In this document: in pieces, positions 17,313 through 24,861 of the stretch
How positions within the stretch are numbered: position 1 is the stretch's first letter
How the letters are laid out: every line of letters begins with the position of its first letter
Position numbers and translations under genes: made by a program
Origin: Candidatus Bipolaricaulota bacterium
GTDB taxonomy: Bacteria; Bipolaricaulota; Bipolaricaulia; Bipolaricaulales; Bipolaricaulaceae
Length of the DNA stretch: 64,000 bases
Direction: 5' to 3'
Assembly: GCA_025060555.1 (NCBI GenBank)
Contig: JANXBC010000001.1
Location: forward strand, 8,904-72,903
Notes under the pieces: model-generated
What the model was told of the DNA's origin: nothing
The model's input: only the letters and a program-made list of their open reading frames with translations
The model's database searches: none

Positions 17313-19385
17313 ATGGAAAACGTGCTGATTCAGGGCGGGTTGGCTGGGGCGGTTGTCGGGGCTTTAGCCGTATTAATATCTTTTTTTCTTTACCGGCATG
17401 TTATGCGTCAGGACCCAGGCACTTCCAAGATGCAAGCTATCGCCCATTTCATCGAAGAAGGAGCACGAGCCTACCTTTTCCGGCAGAATGTGACCCTGTT
17501 CCTTTTTCTTGGGGTTTTGGCGCCTGTCATTGGCGTCCTTTTTGCCGTGACCAGCGGTGCGGGGCGCGGAGTGGCTGCGGCGCTGGCCTATCTTCTGGGG
17601 GCTGGCTGCTCCACAGCGGCGGCGTCTTTGGGAATGATCGCGGCGGTGCGGGCGAATGTGCGCACCGCGGCCGCGGCACAAAAGGGCCTCAAACCCGCAT
17701 TCACTGTCGCCTATTTCGGCGGGGCTGTGATGGGGTTGGGCATCGTGGGCATGGCCCTCCTCGGGATCAGCCTCATCTACTATATTTGCCGATTCGGCCT
17801 GGGCTGGACGGAAGGGGAGGCCACGGGCACAGCCTTGGGGTTCAGCTTCGGCGCAAGCGCATTGGCTCTTTTTGCTAAGGCTGGGGGTGGTATCTACACG
17901 AAAACCGCGGACATCAGCGCGGATCTCGTGGGGAAAGTGGAATTAGGGATCCCTGAGGATGACCCGCGGAACCCCGCGGTGATTGCGGATAACGTGGGCG
18001 ACAATGTGGGCGATGTGGCCGGTATGGGGGCTGATCTGGTGGACTCCTATATTGCCTCCATTGTGGCGGCCATGATCTTGGGGGCTGAGTCCGGCGGTGG
18101 GGCGTTCACCATCCTCCCTGTTCTCATCTCCGCTGTCGGTCTCCTTTCTTCTCTTTTCGGAACGTTCATCGTGCGGGTGCTAGTGCGGGGCAAGCCGGGC
18201 GCAGCCATGAACTTCGGCACCCTTGCTACTTCTGGGCTTTTCCTCCTCCTGCTTTTCGTTGTGACGTATAAAAGCGGCCTATCTGGACAACAATGGCTTG
18301 GCGTTTTTCTTCCTACCCTGGCAGGGCTCGCGGCGGGCTTGGTGATCGGGTTAACCACCGACTGCTTCACCTCCATTGACCGCGCGCCCACGCGGCGCAC
18401 CGCGGAGGCGGCCAGCCGGGGCACGGCCATCAATATCCTCCTGGGCTTTTCTTACGGGCTTGTGAGCATAGTCCCTTCGATCCTCGGGATCTGTGTCGCC
18501 ACGTACGCGGCTTGGCGATTTGCCGAGATTTTTGGGGTCAGCCCGTTTTATGGGATCGGGATCTCCGCGGTGGGCATGCTTTCTATCGTGGCTACAATCA
18601 TCTCTGGAGACGCCTTTGGTCCGGTGTCAGATAACGCGCGGGGGATCGCCGAGCAAGGAGGACTTGGCGGAGAAGTGATGGAAATAGTCGATGCTTTGGA
18701 TGCGCAGGGCAACACATCTAAGGCCATTACCAAAGGCTTCGCTATCGGTGCGGCAGCGCTCACCGTGCTCGCCTTGTTCGCGGCATACACGCATCTTGCT
18801 GGCATCGACATCATGCGCGGCATCAACCTCATGAGCCATACTGTCATCATCGGGCTCTTCTTGGGAGCGATGATGCCCCCCCTTCTCTCCGCTTTGCTCA
18901 TCCTTGCTGTTGGGCGCAACGCGGAGCGCATGATCGACGAGATCCGCCGACAGTTCCGGGAGATCCCCGGCCTTCTTGCTGGGCAGGCCAACCCCGACTA
19001 CCGGAGGTGCGTGGATATCGCCACACGTGGAGCCTTGCGGGAACTCCTCTTCCCCTGCTCCCTGGCCATCGTTGTACCGGTGCTCGTGTTTTTGGTGCTG
19101 GGCAAAGAGGCCTTAGCGGCGTTCCTGGGTGGCAGCATCCTGACCGGCATCATTTTTGCTCTCTTCATGGCTAACTCCGGTGGCGCCTGGGACAACGCTA
19201 AGAAGTACATCGAAAACGGCGCTTTTGGTGGAAAAGGCTCTGAGGCCCACAAGGCCGCAGTAGTGGGGGACACCGTGGGTGACCCATTCAAGGACACAGC
19301 TGGACCTTCTTTGAACACCATGATCACCGTCATGTCCCTTGCCGCTGAGGTGTTCGTGCCCATCATCCTTTTGGTCTTGGGCTGA
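17313..19385 (+). CDS. hppA: Membrane-bound proton/sodium-translocating pyrophosphatase
   Basis: GGGIYTKTADISADLVGKVE, DNVGDNVGD and DTVGDPFKDTAGPSLN motifs. 690 aa, polytopic. Confidence 0.95.
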   Translation: MENVLIQGGLAGAVVGALAVLISFFLYRHVMRQDPGTSKMQAIAHFIEEGARAYLFRQNVTLFLFLGVLAPVIGVLFAVTSGAGRGVAAALAYLLGAGCSTAAASLGMIAAVRANVRTAAAAQKGLKPAFTVAYFGGAVMGLGIVGMALLGISLIYYICRFGLGWTEGEATGTALGFSFGASALALFAKAGGGIYTKTADISADLVGKVELGIPEDDPRNPAVIADNVGDNVGDVAGMGADLVDSYIASIVAAMILGAESGGGAFTILPVLISAVGLLSSLFGTFIVRVLVRGKPGAAMNFGTLATSGLFLLLLFVVTYKSGLSGQQWLGVFLPTLAGLAAGLVIGLTTDCFTSIDRAPTRRTAEAASRGTAINILLGFSYGLVSIVPSILGICVATYAAWRFAEIFGVSPFYGIGISAVGMLSIVATIISGDAFGPVSDNARGIAEQGGLGGEVMEIVDALDAQGNTSKAITKGFAIGAAALTVLALFAAYTHLAGIDIMRGINLMSHTVIIGLFLGAMMPPLLSALLILAVGRNAERMIDEIRRQFREIPGLLAGQANPDYRRCVDIATRGALRELLFPCSLAIVVPVLVFLVLGKEALAAFLGGSILTGIIFALFMANSGGAWDNAKKYIENGAFGGKGSEAHKAAVVGDTVGDPFKDTAGPSLNTMITVMSLAAEVFVPIILLVLG

Positions 19386-19391
19386 AAGGAT

Positions 19392-22166
19392 GTGCGTGTG
19401 GGAAACGAGGTTAAACAGAATTGGCATGCGTTAGAGACGGAGGAAGTCCTTCGTCGCCTTGGCGTTGACCCCCAACGCGGGCTTTCTTCCGGGGAAGCCC
19501 AAGCCCGTCTGAAAAAACATGGGCCCAACGTCCTTCCCGAGGCCCCGCCAACTCCTTTTTGGAAACGTGTTCTTGAGCAACTAAAAGGTTTCGTGATCCT
19601 GATCCTCCTTGTGGCCACGGTGATCTCCATGGCCCTTGGGGATTGGATCGAGGCCGGGGCTATCCTAGCCATCGTCATCCTCAATGCCTTCATCGGGGCC
19701 ATTCAGGAAAGCCGCGCTGAGCAGGCCCTCCAGAGTCTCAAGAAGATGGCCGCGCCAGAAGCCCAGGTCTTGCGGGATGGGGTGCGCCAGACCATCCCGG
19801 CTCGGGAACTCGTGCCGGGTGATATCGTGCTTCTTGAGGCGGGATCCATCGTGCCTGCGGACCTCCGCCTCCTGGAAACCGCCCAGCTTAGGGTGGATGA
19901 GTCCTCGCTCACCGGAGAGTCTGTGCCTGTGGATAAGGACGCTTCTTCTGCCCTCCTGCAAGATACGGCCCTCGCGGATCAGGTGAACATGGCCTTCTTG
20001 GGAACGACCGTGGTGTATGGCCGTGGCACAGGCGTGGTCGTGGCCACTGGGTCCAATACAGTCCTCGGGGAAATCGCGGGGGTCATCGAGGAGCCTCAGG
20101 AGGAGACCCCGCTTCAGCGCAGGCTGGAGGAACTTGGGCGCGTACTAGGGGTCCTCATCCTCATCGTCTGCGGCGTGGTATTTTTGGTGGAGGTCCTGCG
20201 CGATCCGCACCTTCCGCTCCTTTGGCGCGAGGGTTTCTTGGCATACCTGCGGGCCTCCCAGCATGAACTCCTTGGGTTTTTCATCATCGCTGTGAGCCTT
20301 GCTGTGGCCGCTGTTCCGGAGGGGCTTCCGGCCGTGGTCACTTTGTGCCTGGCTGCCGGCATGCGGGAAATGCTCCGCCGGCATGCCTTGGTGCGAAGAC
20401 TACCCTCCGTGGAAACCTTGGGCTCGGCTACGGTCATCTGCGCTGATAAGACGGGGACCCTCACCCAAAACCAAATGACCGTGACCAACATTTGGGTCGA
20501 CGGAGACCTGGTCGCTGTGACAGGCCAAGGCTATAAACCTGATGGCCAATTCCTACTAAACGGTCATCCTGTGGATCCGCAAAAGCATCCCCTCCTTTTG
20601 AGCGCGCTGTGGCTTGGGCTTGTGTGCAACGATGCGGAATTGCGGGAGGAGAACGGCGCGTATCGGATCGTGGGCGATCCCACCGAAGGTGCGCTGCTTG
20701 TGGCCGCCCTGAAGGCCGGCCTTTCCCGGGACACCATCGTCCGGGTGAGTGAGTTGCCCTTTGACTCCGAGCGGAAACGCATGACCACCATTCATTTGGC
20801 GGCATCTTCTCCTCTCACTTTGACCACCCCTTATGTGGCGGCAGTAAAAGGCGCTCCCGATGTAGTGCTTGCCCACTGTTCCGCTCTGGCCACGAAGGAT
20901 GGGCCAAGGCCGCTTGGCGCCAGCGAGCGGGAGCGAATAAGCCGCGCGAACGAGGAACTTGCCGGTCAAGGACTGCGGGTTTTGGCGGTGGCTTATCGTC
21001 CCCTTCCCGCAGTCCCGGAGGAGCTAAGGCCGGAGGAGATCGAGCAAGACCTTATCTTCCTTGGCCTTTTGGGTATGCAAGATCCGCCCCGGCCGGAGGT
21101 CGCCGAGGCCTTGGCTACGGCCCGGCGGGCAGGCCTGCGCACGATCATGATCACCGGTGACCACGTGGCCACCGCCGTAGCCATCGCCAAACAGATCGGC
21201 CTCCTGCGGCCAAATGGCCGGGTGATAAGTGGAAGCGAACTTGATCGCATGAGCGACGAGGAGCTCGTGCGGGTGATTGATGAGGTGGACGTTTTTGCCC
21301 GGGTTTCCCCACATCATAAGGTGCGTATTGTGGAGGCGCTGCGGGCGCGCGGGGAGATCGTGGCCATGACTGGGGATGGGGTGAACGACGCTCCTGCCCT
21401 CAAGCGGGCCGACATCGGGATCGCCATGGGTATAGCCGGGACGGATGTGGCGAAGGCCACGGCCGACATGGTCCTTCTTGATGACAACTACGCTTCCATC
21501 GTTGCGGCGGTGGAGCAGGGGCGCGTCATTTATGCCAACATCAGGAAGACTGTGTATTACCTGCTTTCCTGCAATTTCGCGGAGATCGCCATCATTTTCT
21601 TCGCCGTGCTTTTGGGCTGGCCGGCCCCACTTACGGCCATTCAGCTTCTTTGGTTGAACCTCCTTACAGATGGAGCGCCGGCCTTGGCCTTGGGGATGGA
21701 GCCGGCGGAGCCGGGGATCATGGAGCGGCCTCCGCGCTCGCCCAAGGAAAAAATCATCAACCGGGAGATGGTGGGCGGCGTTTTCTTTCAGGCTGGAGCC
21801 CTCACCGCCGCGGTGCTCGGCCTTTTCGCCTTCGCTTATCATGGTGCTTGGCGGGAGGACGCCGACACCCTGGCCTTCGTGACCCTTGTGGTCGCCGAGC
21901 TTTTCCGCGCTTATGCCGCGCGCTCTGAGTGGGTCCCGCTTGTTAAGGTCGGGCTCTTTACTAACCGCTGGATGCAGTGGGCCTTCGTCACCTCTGTCGC
22001 CCTCCTTCTCCTTGTGGTCTACACCCCCCCTCTCCGCGCGGTGTTCAACACCCTCCCCCTCACCCTCCCCATGTGGGCGGCGATCTTGCCGCTTTCACTC
22101 GTGCCTTTCCTCGTTGTGGAAGCGCGAAAAATTCTCCTCAATCTGCGGCGAGGTCACGGATCATGA
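19392..22166 (+). CDS. Cation-transporting P-type ATPase (P2, Ca2+-ATPase-like)
   Basis: TGES, DKTGTLT, MITGDH and [11 protein letters not shown] motifs. 924 aa. Starts 7 nt after hppA. Confidence 0.9.
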   Translation: MRVGNEVKQNWHALETEEVLRRLGVDPQRGLSSGEAQARLKKHGPNVLPEAPPTPFWKRVLEQLKGFVILILLVATVISMALGDWIEAGAILAIVILNAFIGAIQESRAEQALQSLKKMAAPEAQVLRDGVRQTIPARELVPGDIVLLEAGSIVPADLRLLETAQLRVDESSLTGESVPVDKDASSALLQDTALADQVNMAFLGTTVVYGRGTGVVVATGSNTVLGEIAGVIEEPQEETPLQRRLEELGRVLGVLILIVCGVVFLVEVLRDPHLPLLWREGFLAYLRASQHELLGFFIIAVSLAVAAVPEGLPAVVTLCLAAGMREMLRRHALVRRLPSVETLGSATVICADKTGTLTQNQMTVTNIWVDGDLVAVTGQGYKPDGQFLLNGHPVDPQKHPLLLSALWLGLVCNDAELREENGAYRIVGDPTEGALLVAALKAGLSRDTIVRVSELPFDSERKRMTTIHLAASSPLTLTTPYVAAVKGAPDVVLAHCSALATKDGPRPLGASERERISRANEELAGQGLRVLAVAYRPLPAVPEELRPEEIEQDLIFLGLLGMQDPPRPEVAEALATARRAGLRTIMITGDHVATAVAIAKQIGLLRPNGRVISGSELDRMSDEELVRVIDEVDVFARVSPHHKVRIVEALRARGEIVAMTGDGVNDAPALKRADIGIAMGIAGTDVAKATADMVLLDDNYASIVAAVEQGRVIYANIRKTVYYLLSCNFAEIAIIFFAVLLGWPAPLTAIQLLWLNLLTDGAPALALGMEPAEPGIMERPPRSPKEKIINREMVGGVFFQAGALTAAVLGLFAFAYHGAWREDADTLAFVTLVVAELFRAYAARSEWVPLVKVGLFTNRWMQWAFVTSVALLLLVVYTPPLRAVFNTLPLTLPMWAAILPLSLVPFLVVEARKILLNLRRGHGS

Positions 22167-22572
22167 GGATACCATCTTCACCGTCTGCATAATAGCTGGG
22201 GAGGAGGGCAGCCTCGCGAAACCCTTGTTTTTGGTAGAACGCGCGGGCCGCGGTGTTGGAGGCGCGCACCTCCAAGCGCAGGCAGCGGGCACCCTTGGCT
22301 TCCCGAATTACGTGGGCCAAAAGGGCCGTGGCTATCCCCTTGCGCCGATGTTCTGGGGCCACGGCAAGATCGTGAATGTGCACCTCTCCCCCTTCACGAA
22401 CGGCCAGGATGAATGCCACCACTCTGCCCTCCTCAGCTACAAAGGCCATGTTGTCGTGCTCCAAAATATAGGGCAAGAAAGCCAAAAGGGGCCACGGGTC
22501 GGAAAAGCTTGCTTTTTCCACACGATAAATTTCCGGGAGATCCCGAAGCCCGGCGCGCCGTATCCGCAACAC
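22138..22572 (-). CDS. rimI: GNAT N-acetyltransferase (RimI-like)
   Basis: HDLAVAPEHRRKGIATALL acetyl-CoA motif. GTG at 22572 is chosen because the longer ORF (to 22890) would overlap the TatT-like gene. Its 3' end overlaps the ATPase stop by 29 nt. Confidence 0.75.
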   Translation of the reverse strand: MLRIRRAGLRDLPEIYRVEKASFSDPWPLLAFLPYILEHDNMAFVAEEGRVVAFILAVREGGEVHIHDLAVAPEHRRKGIATALLAHVIREAKGARCLRLEVRASNTAARAFYQKQGFREAALLPSYYADGEDGILMIRDLAAD

Positions 22573-22593
22573 ACCGAATTTTAAGGTATAGGA

Positions 22594-23451
22594 TTGAAGG
22601 AGAAGGAGGTCATTGTGCTTAGGCTGGTTTTGCTTGTGCTGCTTGGTACCGCCCTTGCCGGGATGGCCCAAGGCCCGGTGGAGGAGCTTCTTTCTCAGGC
22701 CGATGCCCTTTACGACTGCGGGCATGGCAACTTTGAATTCACGGAGTATGAGGCGCGGCTTAGGGAAGCGATCAGCATCTGGGAAGGGGTTCTTCCTTTG
22801 CTGAACGACAGGGAAAGCCGACGTGCGGTTCTTGTGAAGCTTTCTCGGGCCTGGTTTGAACTTGCCGAAGGGTATCTCCAAAAGGATCAAGACAAAGAAG
22901 CAGCTTACAAGAAGGGCAAAGATTACGGGCTTAGTGCGCTGCGGTTGGACGGGGGGTTCGTGCTTGTGGAGGGGAAAGAGGGTTTTCGCGCAGCTTTACA
23001 AACAGCCTCGGATGTGGAGGCGCTCTTTTGGTATGGGAATAACCTTGGGCGTTGGTTAGCTTACCACTATTGGGAGGCATTGACGGGTGGGACCCGCGAT
23101 GTGTTTGCGGCGTTTGCGCGGTGCGCGGAACTAGATGAGAGCTATTGGGCGGGAGGGCCACGCCGCGCGCTCGCTAATTTTCTCGCCCAGACCCCAGGAT
23201 TCCTGGGCGGGGATTTGCAAAGGGCCAAAACAGAGTTTCAGCGGGCCCTGGAGCTCGCTCCCCATTTCCTCCAGAACTACGTGGATTATGCGGAGCATTG
23301 GGCGAAGAAAGTTGGGGACAGCGCGCTCTTTTGCTCATTAGTAGAGGAAGCTCTGAGACGAGGCGCAGAGCCGGAGGTTTTTTGGTCCTGGCCATTCTAC
23401 AACACTTTGGCCTTGCGGCGGGCGGGAAGTTTGCGCCAGGAATGCCGGTAG
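22594..23451 (+). CDS. TatT-family TPR-like secreted protein or lipoprotein (TRAP-T-associated family); no TRAP genes nearby
   Basis: Signal peptide. ALFWYGNNLGRW and YWAGGPRRALANFLAQTPGFLGGDL motifs are typical of the TatT family. Confidence 0.65.
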   Translation: MKEKEVIVLRLVLLVLLGTALAGMAQGPVEELLSQADALYDCGHGNFEFTEYEARLREAISIWEGVLPLLNDRESRRAVLVKLSRAWFELAEGYLQKDQDKEAAYKKGKDYGLSALRLDGGFVLVEGKEGFRAALQTASDVEALFWYGNNLGRWLAYHYWEALTGGTRDVFAAFARCAELDESYWAGGPRRALANFLAQTPGFLGGDLQRAKTEFQRALELAPHFLQNYVDYAEHWAKKVGDSALFCSLVEEALRRGAEPEVFWSWPFYNTLALRRAGSLRQECR

Positions 23452-23461
23452 TGTGCATCAC

Positions 23462-23489
23462 TTGACACCAGTTTACAGTGGTATATAAT
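23462..23489 (+). promoter_or_regulatory. Near-consensus sigma70 promoter driving the riboswitch leader of locus B
   Basis: TTGACA (23462-23467), 16-nt spacer, TATAAT (23484-23489). Confidence 0.65.
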
Positions 23490-23555
23490 GGAAGCACCTG
23501 GACAAGGATCCGGGTGAAAGGGGTGAGCAGGGCAGCCTAAGGGATCGGAAGACCG

Positions 23556-23648
23556 CCTGGCCTTCCGATAAAGGCAAACCCGTCGCAAGGCGGGGGCGCA
23601 AAGCCACAGGTCCCTCAGGGACGGCTGGGCTGCCGAAGAATGGCCAGG
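23556..23648 (+). promoter_or_regulatory. c-di-GMP-I (GEMM-I) riboswitch aptamer, copy 1 (core 23565-23638)
   Basis: Contains GGCAAACC. Helix CCCGUC/GGCGGG is capped by the GNRA loop GCAA. Also GCGCAAAGCC, hairpin GUCCC-UCA-GGGAC, and GGGCUGCCGAAG. Closing helix CCUGGCC (23556-62) pairs with GGCCAGG (23642-48). Confidence 0.8.
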
Positions 23649-24083
23649 AGATGGCTGCTGTTCATGATGGCATGCGCTTTGGGCTTTCCGGGCCTTGCCG
23701 GAAGTGTCTCCCGAACCGCTACCGTCTCCCTTTCCATCCCCGCCTTGAGCGTTCTTTCTCTCCCTGGGCGAGGGCTTTCCGGTCGGGAAATAGAGCTGGA
23801 GATTAGGCCCGATGAGCTGGTCCAGGGCGTTCTGCTCGTACCCCTTGAGGTAAAAAGCAATGTTCCGTGGGCGGTTACGGCACGGGTTCTCGCCGAGGCT
23901 CGTGCCGATCCCGTAGTCGGAGTACAGGGCGGCCCGGAGGTCTTGGTGGGAACGGAAGAGATCCCCCTCCTCTCGGGTCGGTCGGGGAAACATGAGCTCA
24001 CCTTGGTTGTAAAATTGGCCAATCTGGGGCAAGCACAGGACAAGGTGAGGCTCATGTTGAAGATAGCGGGAATGGGTCAATGA
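23640..24083 (+). CDS. Small secreted protein (147 aa), divergent paralogue of the locus B subunits; possibly decaying
   Basis: Signal peptide MARRWLLFMMACALGFPGLAGS. TATVSLSIPALSVLSL and VKSNVPWAVTARV parallel TATFTVPTLIRLQLS and VWSNRPWTLSVAA of the next gene. It lacks the C-terminal YTL motif. A competing antisense frame exists. Confidence 0.5.
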   Translation: MARRWLLFMMACALGFPGLAGSVSRTATVSLSIPALSVLSLPGRGLSGREIELEIRPDELVQGVLLVPLEVKSNVPWAVTARVLAEARADPVVGVQGGPEVLVGTEEIPLLSGRSGKHELTLVVKLANLGQAQDKVRLMLKIAGMGQ

Positions 24084-24132
24084 GGGACCCAGTTGGGAAA
24101 GGAGGTGAGAGCCGAAAGAAGATTTAGGTGTT

Positions 24133-24219
24133 GGGGTGACCGATAAAGGCAAACCCGTCGCAAGGCGGGGGCGCAAAGCCACAGGTCCCTCAGGGACGGC
24201 TGGGCTGCCGAAGCACCCC
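24133..24219 (+). promoter_or_regulatory. c-di-GMP-I (GEMM-I) riboswitch aptamer, copy 2 (core 24140-24213)
   Basis: The core is 74/74 identical to copy 1. It has a different closing helix: GGGGUG (24133-38) pairs with CACCCC (24214-19). Lies 66 nt upstream of the 24285 start codon. Confidence 0.8.
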
Positions 24220-24284
24220 AAGAGAAGCCAAAAACTCCCGGGGCAAGGAGGCCCGGTAAACAAAACTTCTCTTGGAGGTGCTCA

Positions 24285-24800
24285 ATGAAGAGCGTGAAGG
24301 TTTTGGCGGTTTTAGTGGCTGGAGTGATGGGCGTGGTGAGCGGGATGGCTCAAAGTGTGACAGCGAACTCCACAGCGACGTTTACGGTGCCGACGTTGAT
24401 TCGGTTGCAGCTCAGCGCTTCCACCATCAACTTCGGGACCCTCACCGAGGGTGACTACGATGTGGGCTACAAGGACGCCCTGAGCGCCCAGGTCGTGTAT
24501 GTTTGGAGCAACCGGCCTTGGACGCTCTCCGTGGCGGCGAACAGCGCGGCCTGGAACGGCCCGTGGGCCAAGCCCGCAAGCGACCTGCTTTTGCGTGTGG
24601 CTTCCGTGAACCGGCCGGAGCGCATCTCTTATTACCTAAACACCCTCACCGGCCTCACCACGAGCGGATTCACCGTTGCCCAGGGTCAACCGGGCGGGAA
24701 CTTCCAGCACACCATGGACTTCCGCGTTCTGGTGAGCTGGGACAACGACGTGGCCGGCAACTACTCGCTCGGCTTCACCTACACCCTCACCGCGCCGTGA
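24285..24800 (+). CDS. Locus B small secreted beta-rich subunit (pilin-like, 171 aa)
   Basis: RBS GGAGGTG. Signal peptide MKSVKVLAVLVAGVMGVVSGMAQS. The C-terminus is NYSLGFTYTLTAP. Confidence 0.9.
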   Translation: MKSVKVLAVLVAGVMGVVSGMAQSVTANSTATFTVPTLIRLQLSASTINFGTLTEGDYDVGYKDALSAQVVYVWSNRPWTLSVAANSAAWNGPWAKPASDLLLRVASVNRPERISYYLNTLTGLTTSGFTVAQGQPGGNFQHTMDFRVLVSWDNDVAGNYSLGFTYTLTAP

Positions 24801-24814
24801 CCCAGCGAAGGACG

Positions 24815-24852
24815 GGCAGCCCGGCTCCAGCGAAGAGCCGGGCTGCCTTTAT
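24815..24852 (+). terminator. Perfect 13-bp GC-rich hairpin after the small-subunit gene (attenuator or partial terminator)
   Basis: GGCAGCCCGGCTC (24815-27), loop CAGCGAA, GAGCCGGGCTGCC (24835-47), then TTTAT. Confidence 0.55.
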
Positions 24853-24861
24853 CCCGCTTCC

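Noticed and set aside
21024-21842. 272-aa minus-strand ORF inside the P-type ATPase gene.
   Set aside because: It is antisense to [13 protein letters not shown]-containing coding sequence. Its composition is biased and it has no recognisable domain.
22573-22890. N-terminal extension of the rimI ORF to 250 aa.
   Set aside because: The extension is antisense to the TatT-like gene and has no GNAT-related sequence. An in-frame GTG at 22572 gives a normal 144-aa RimI.
23397-24263. 288-aa minus-strand ORF spanning the whole inter-riboswitch region.
   Set aside because: It runs antisense through both identical GEMM-I aptamers and the promoter region, and it has no credible start or RBS. The sense ORF has a signal peptide and motifs shared with its paralogues. 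Its central ~80 aa do look protein-like, so the doubt is recorded as a separate finding.
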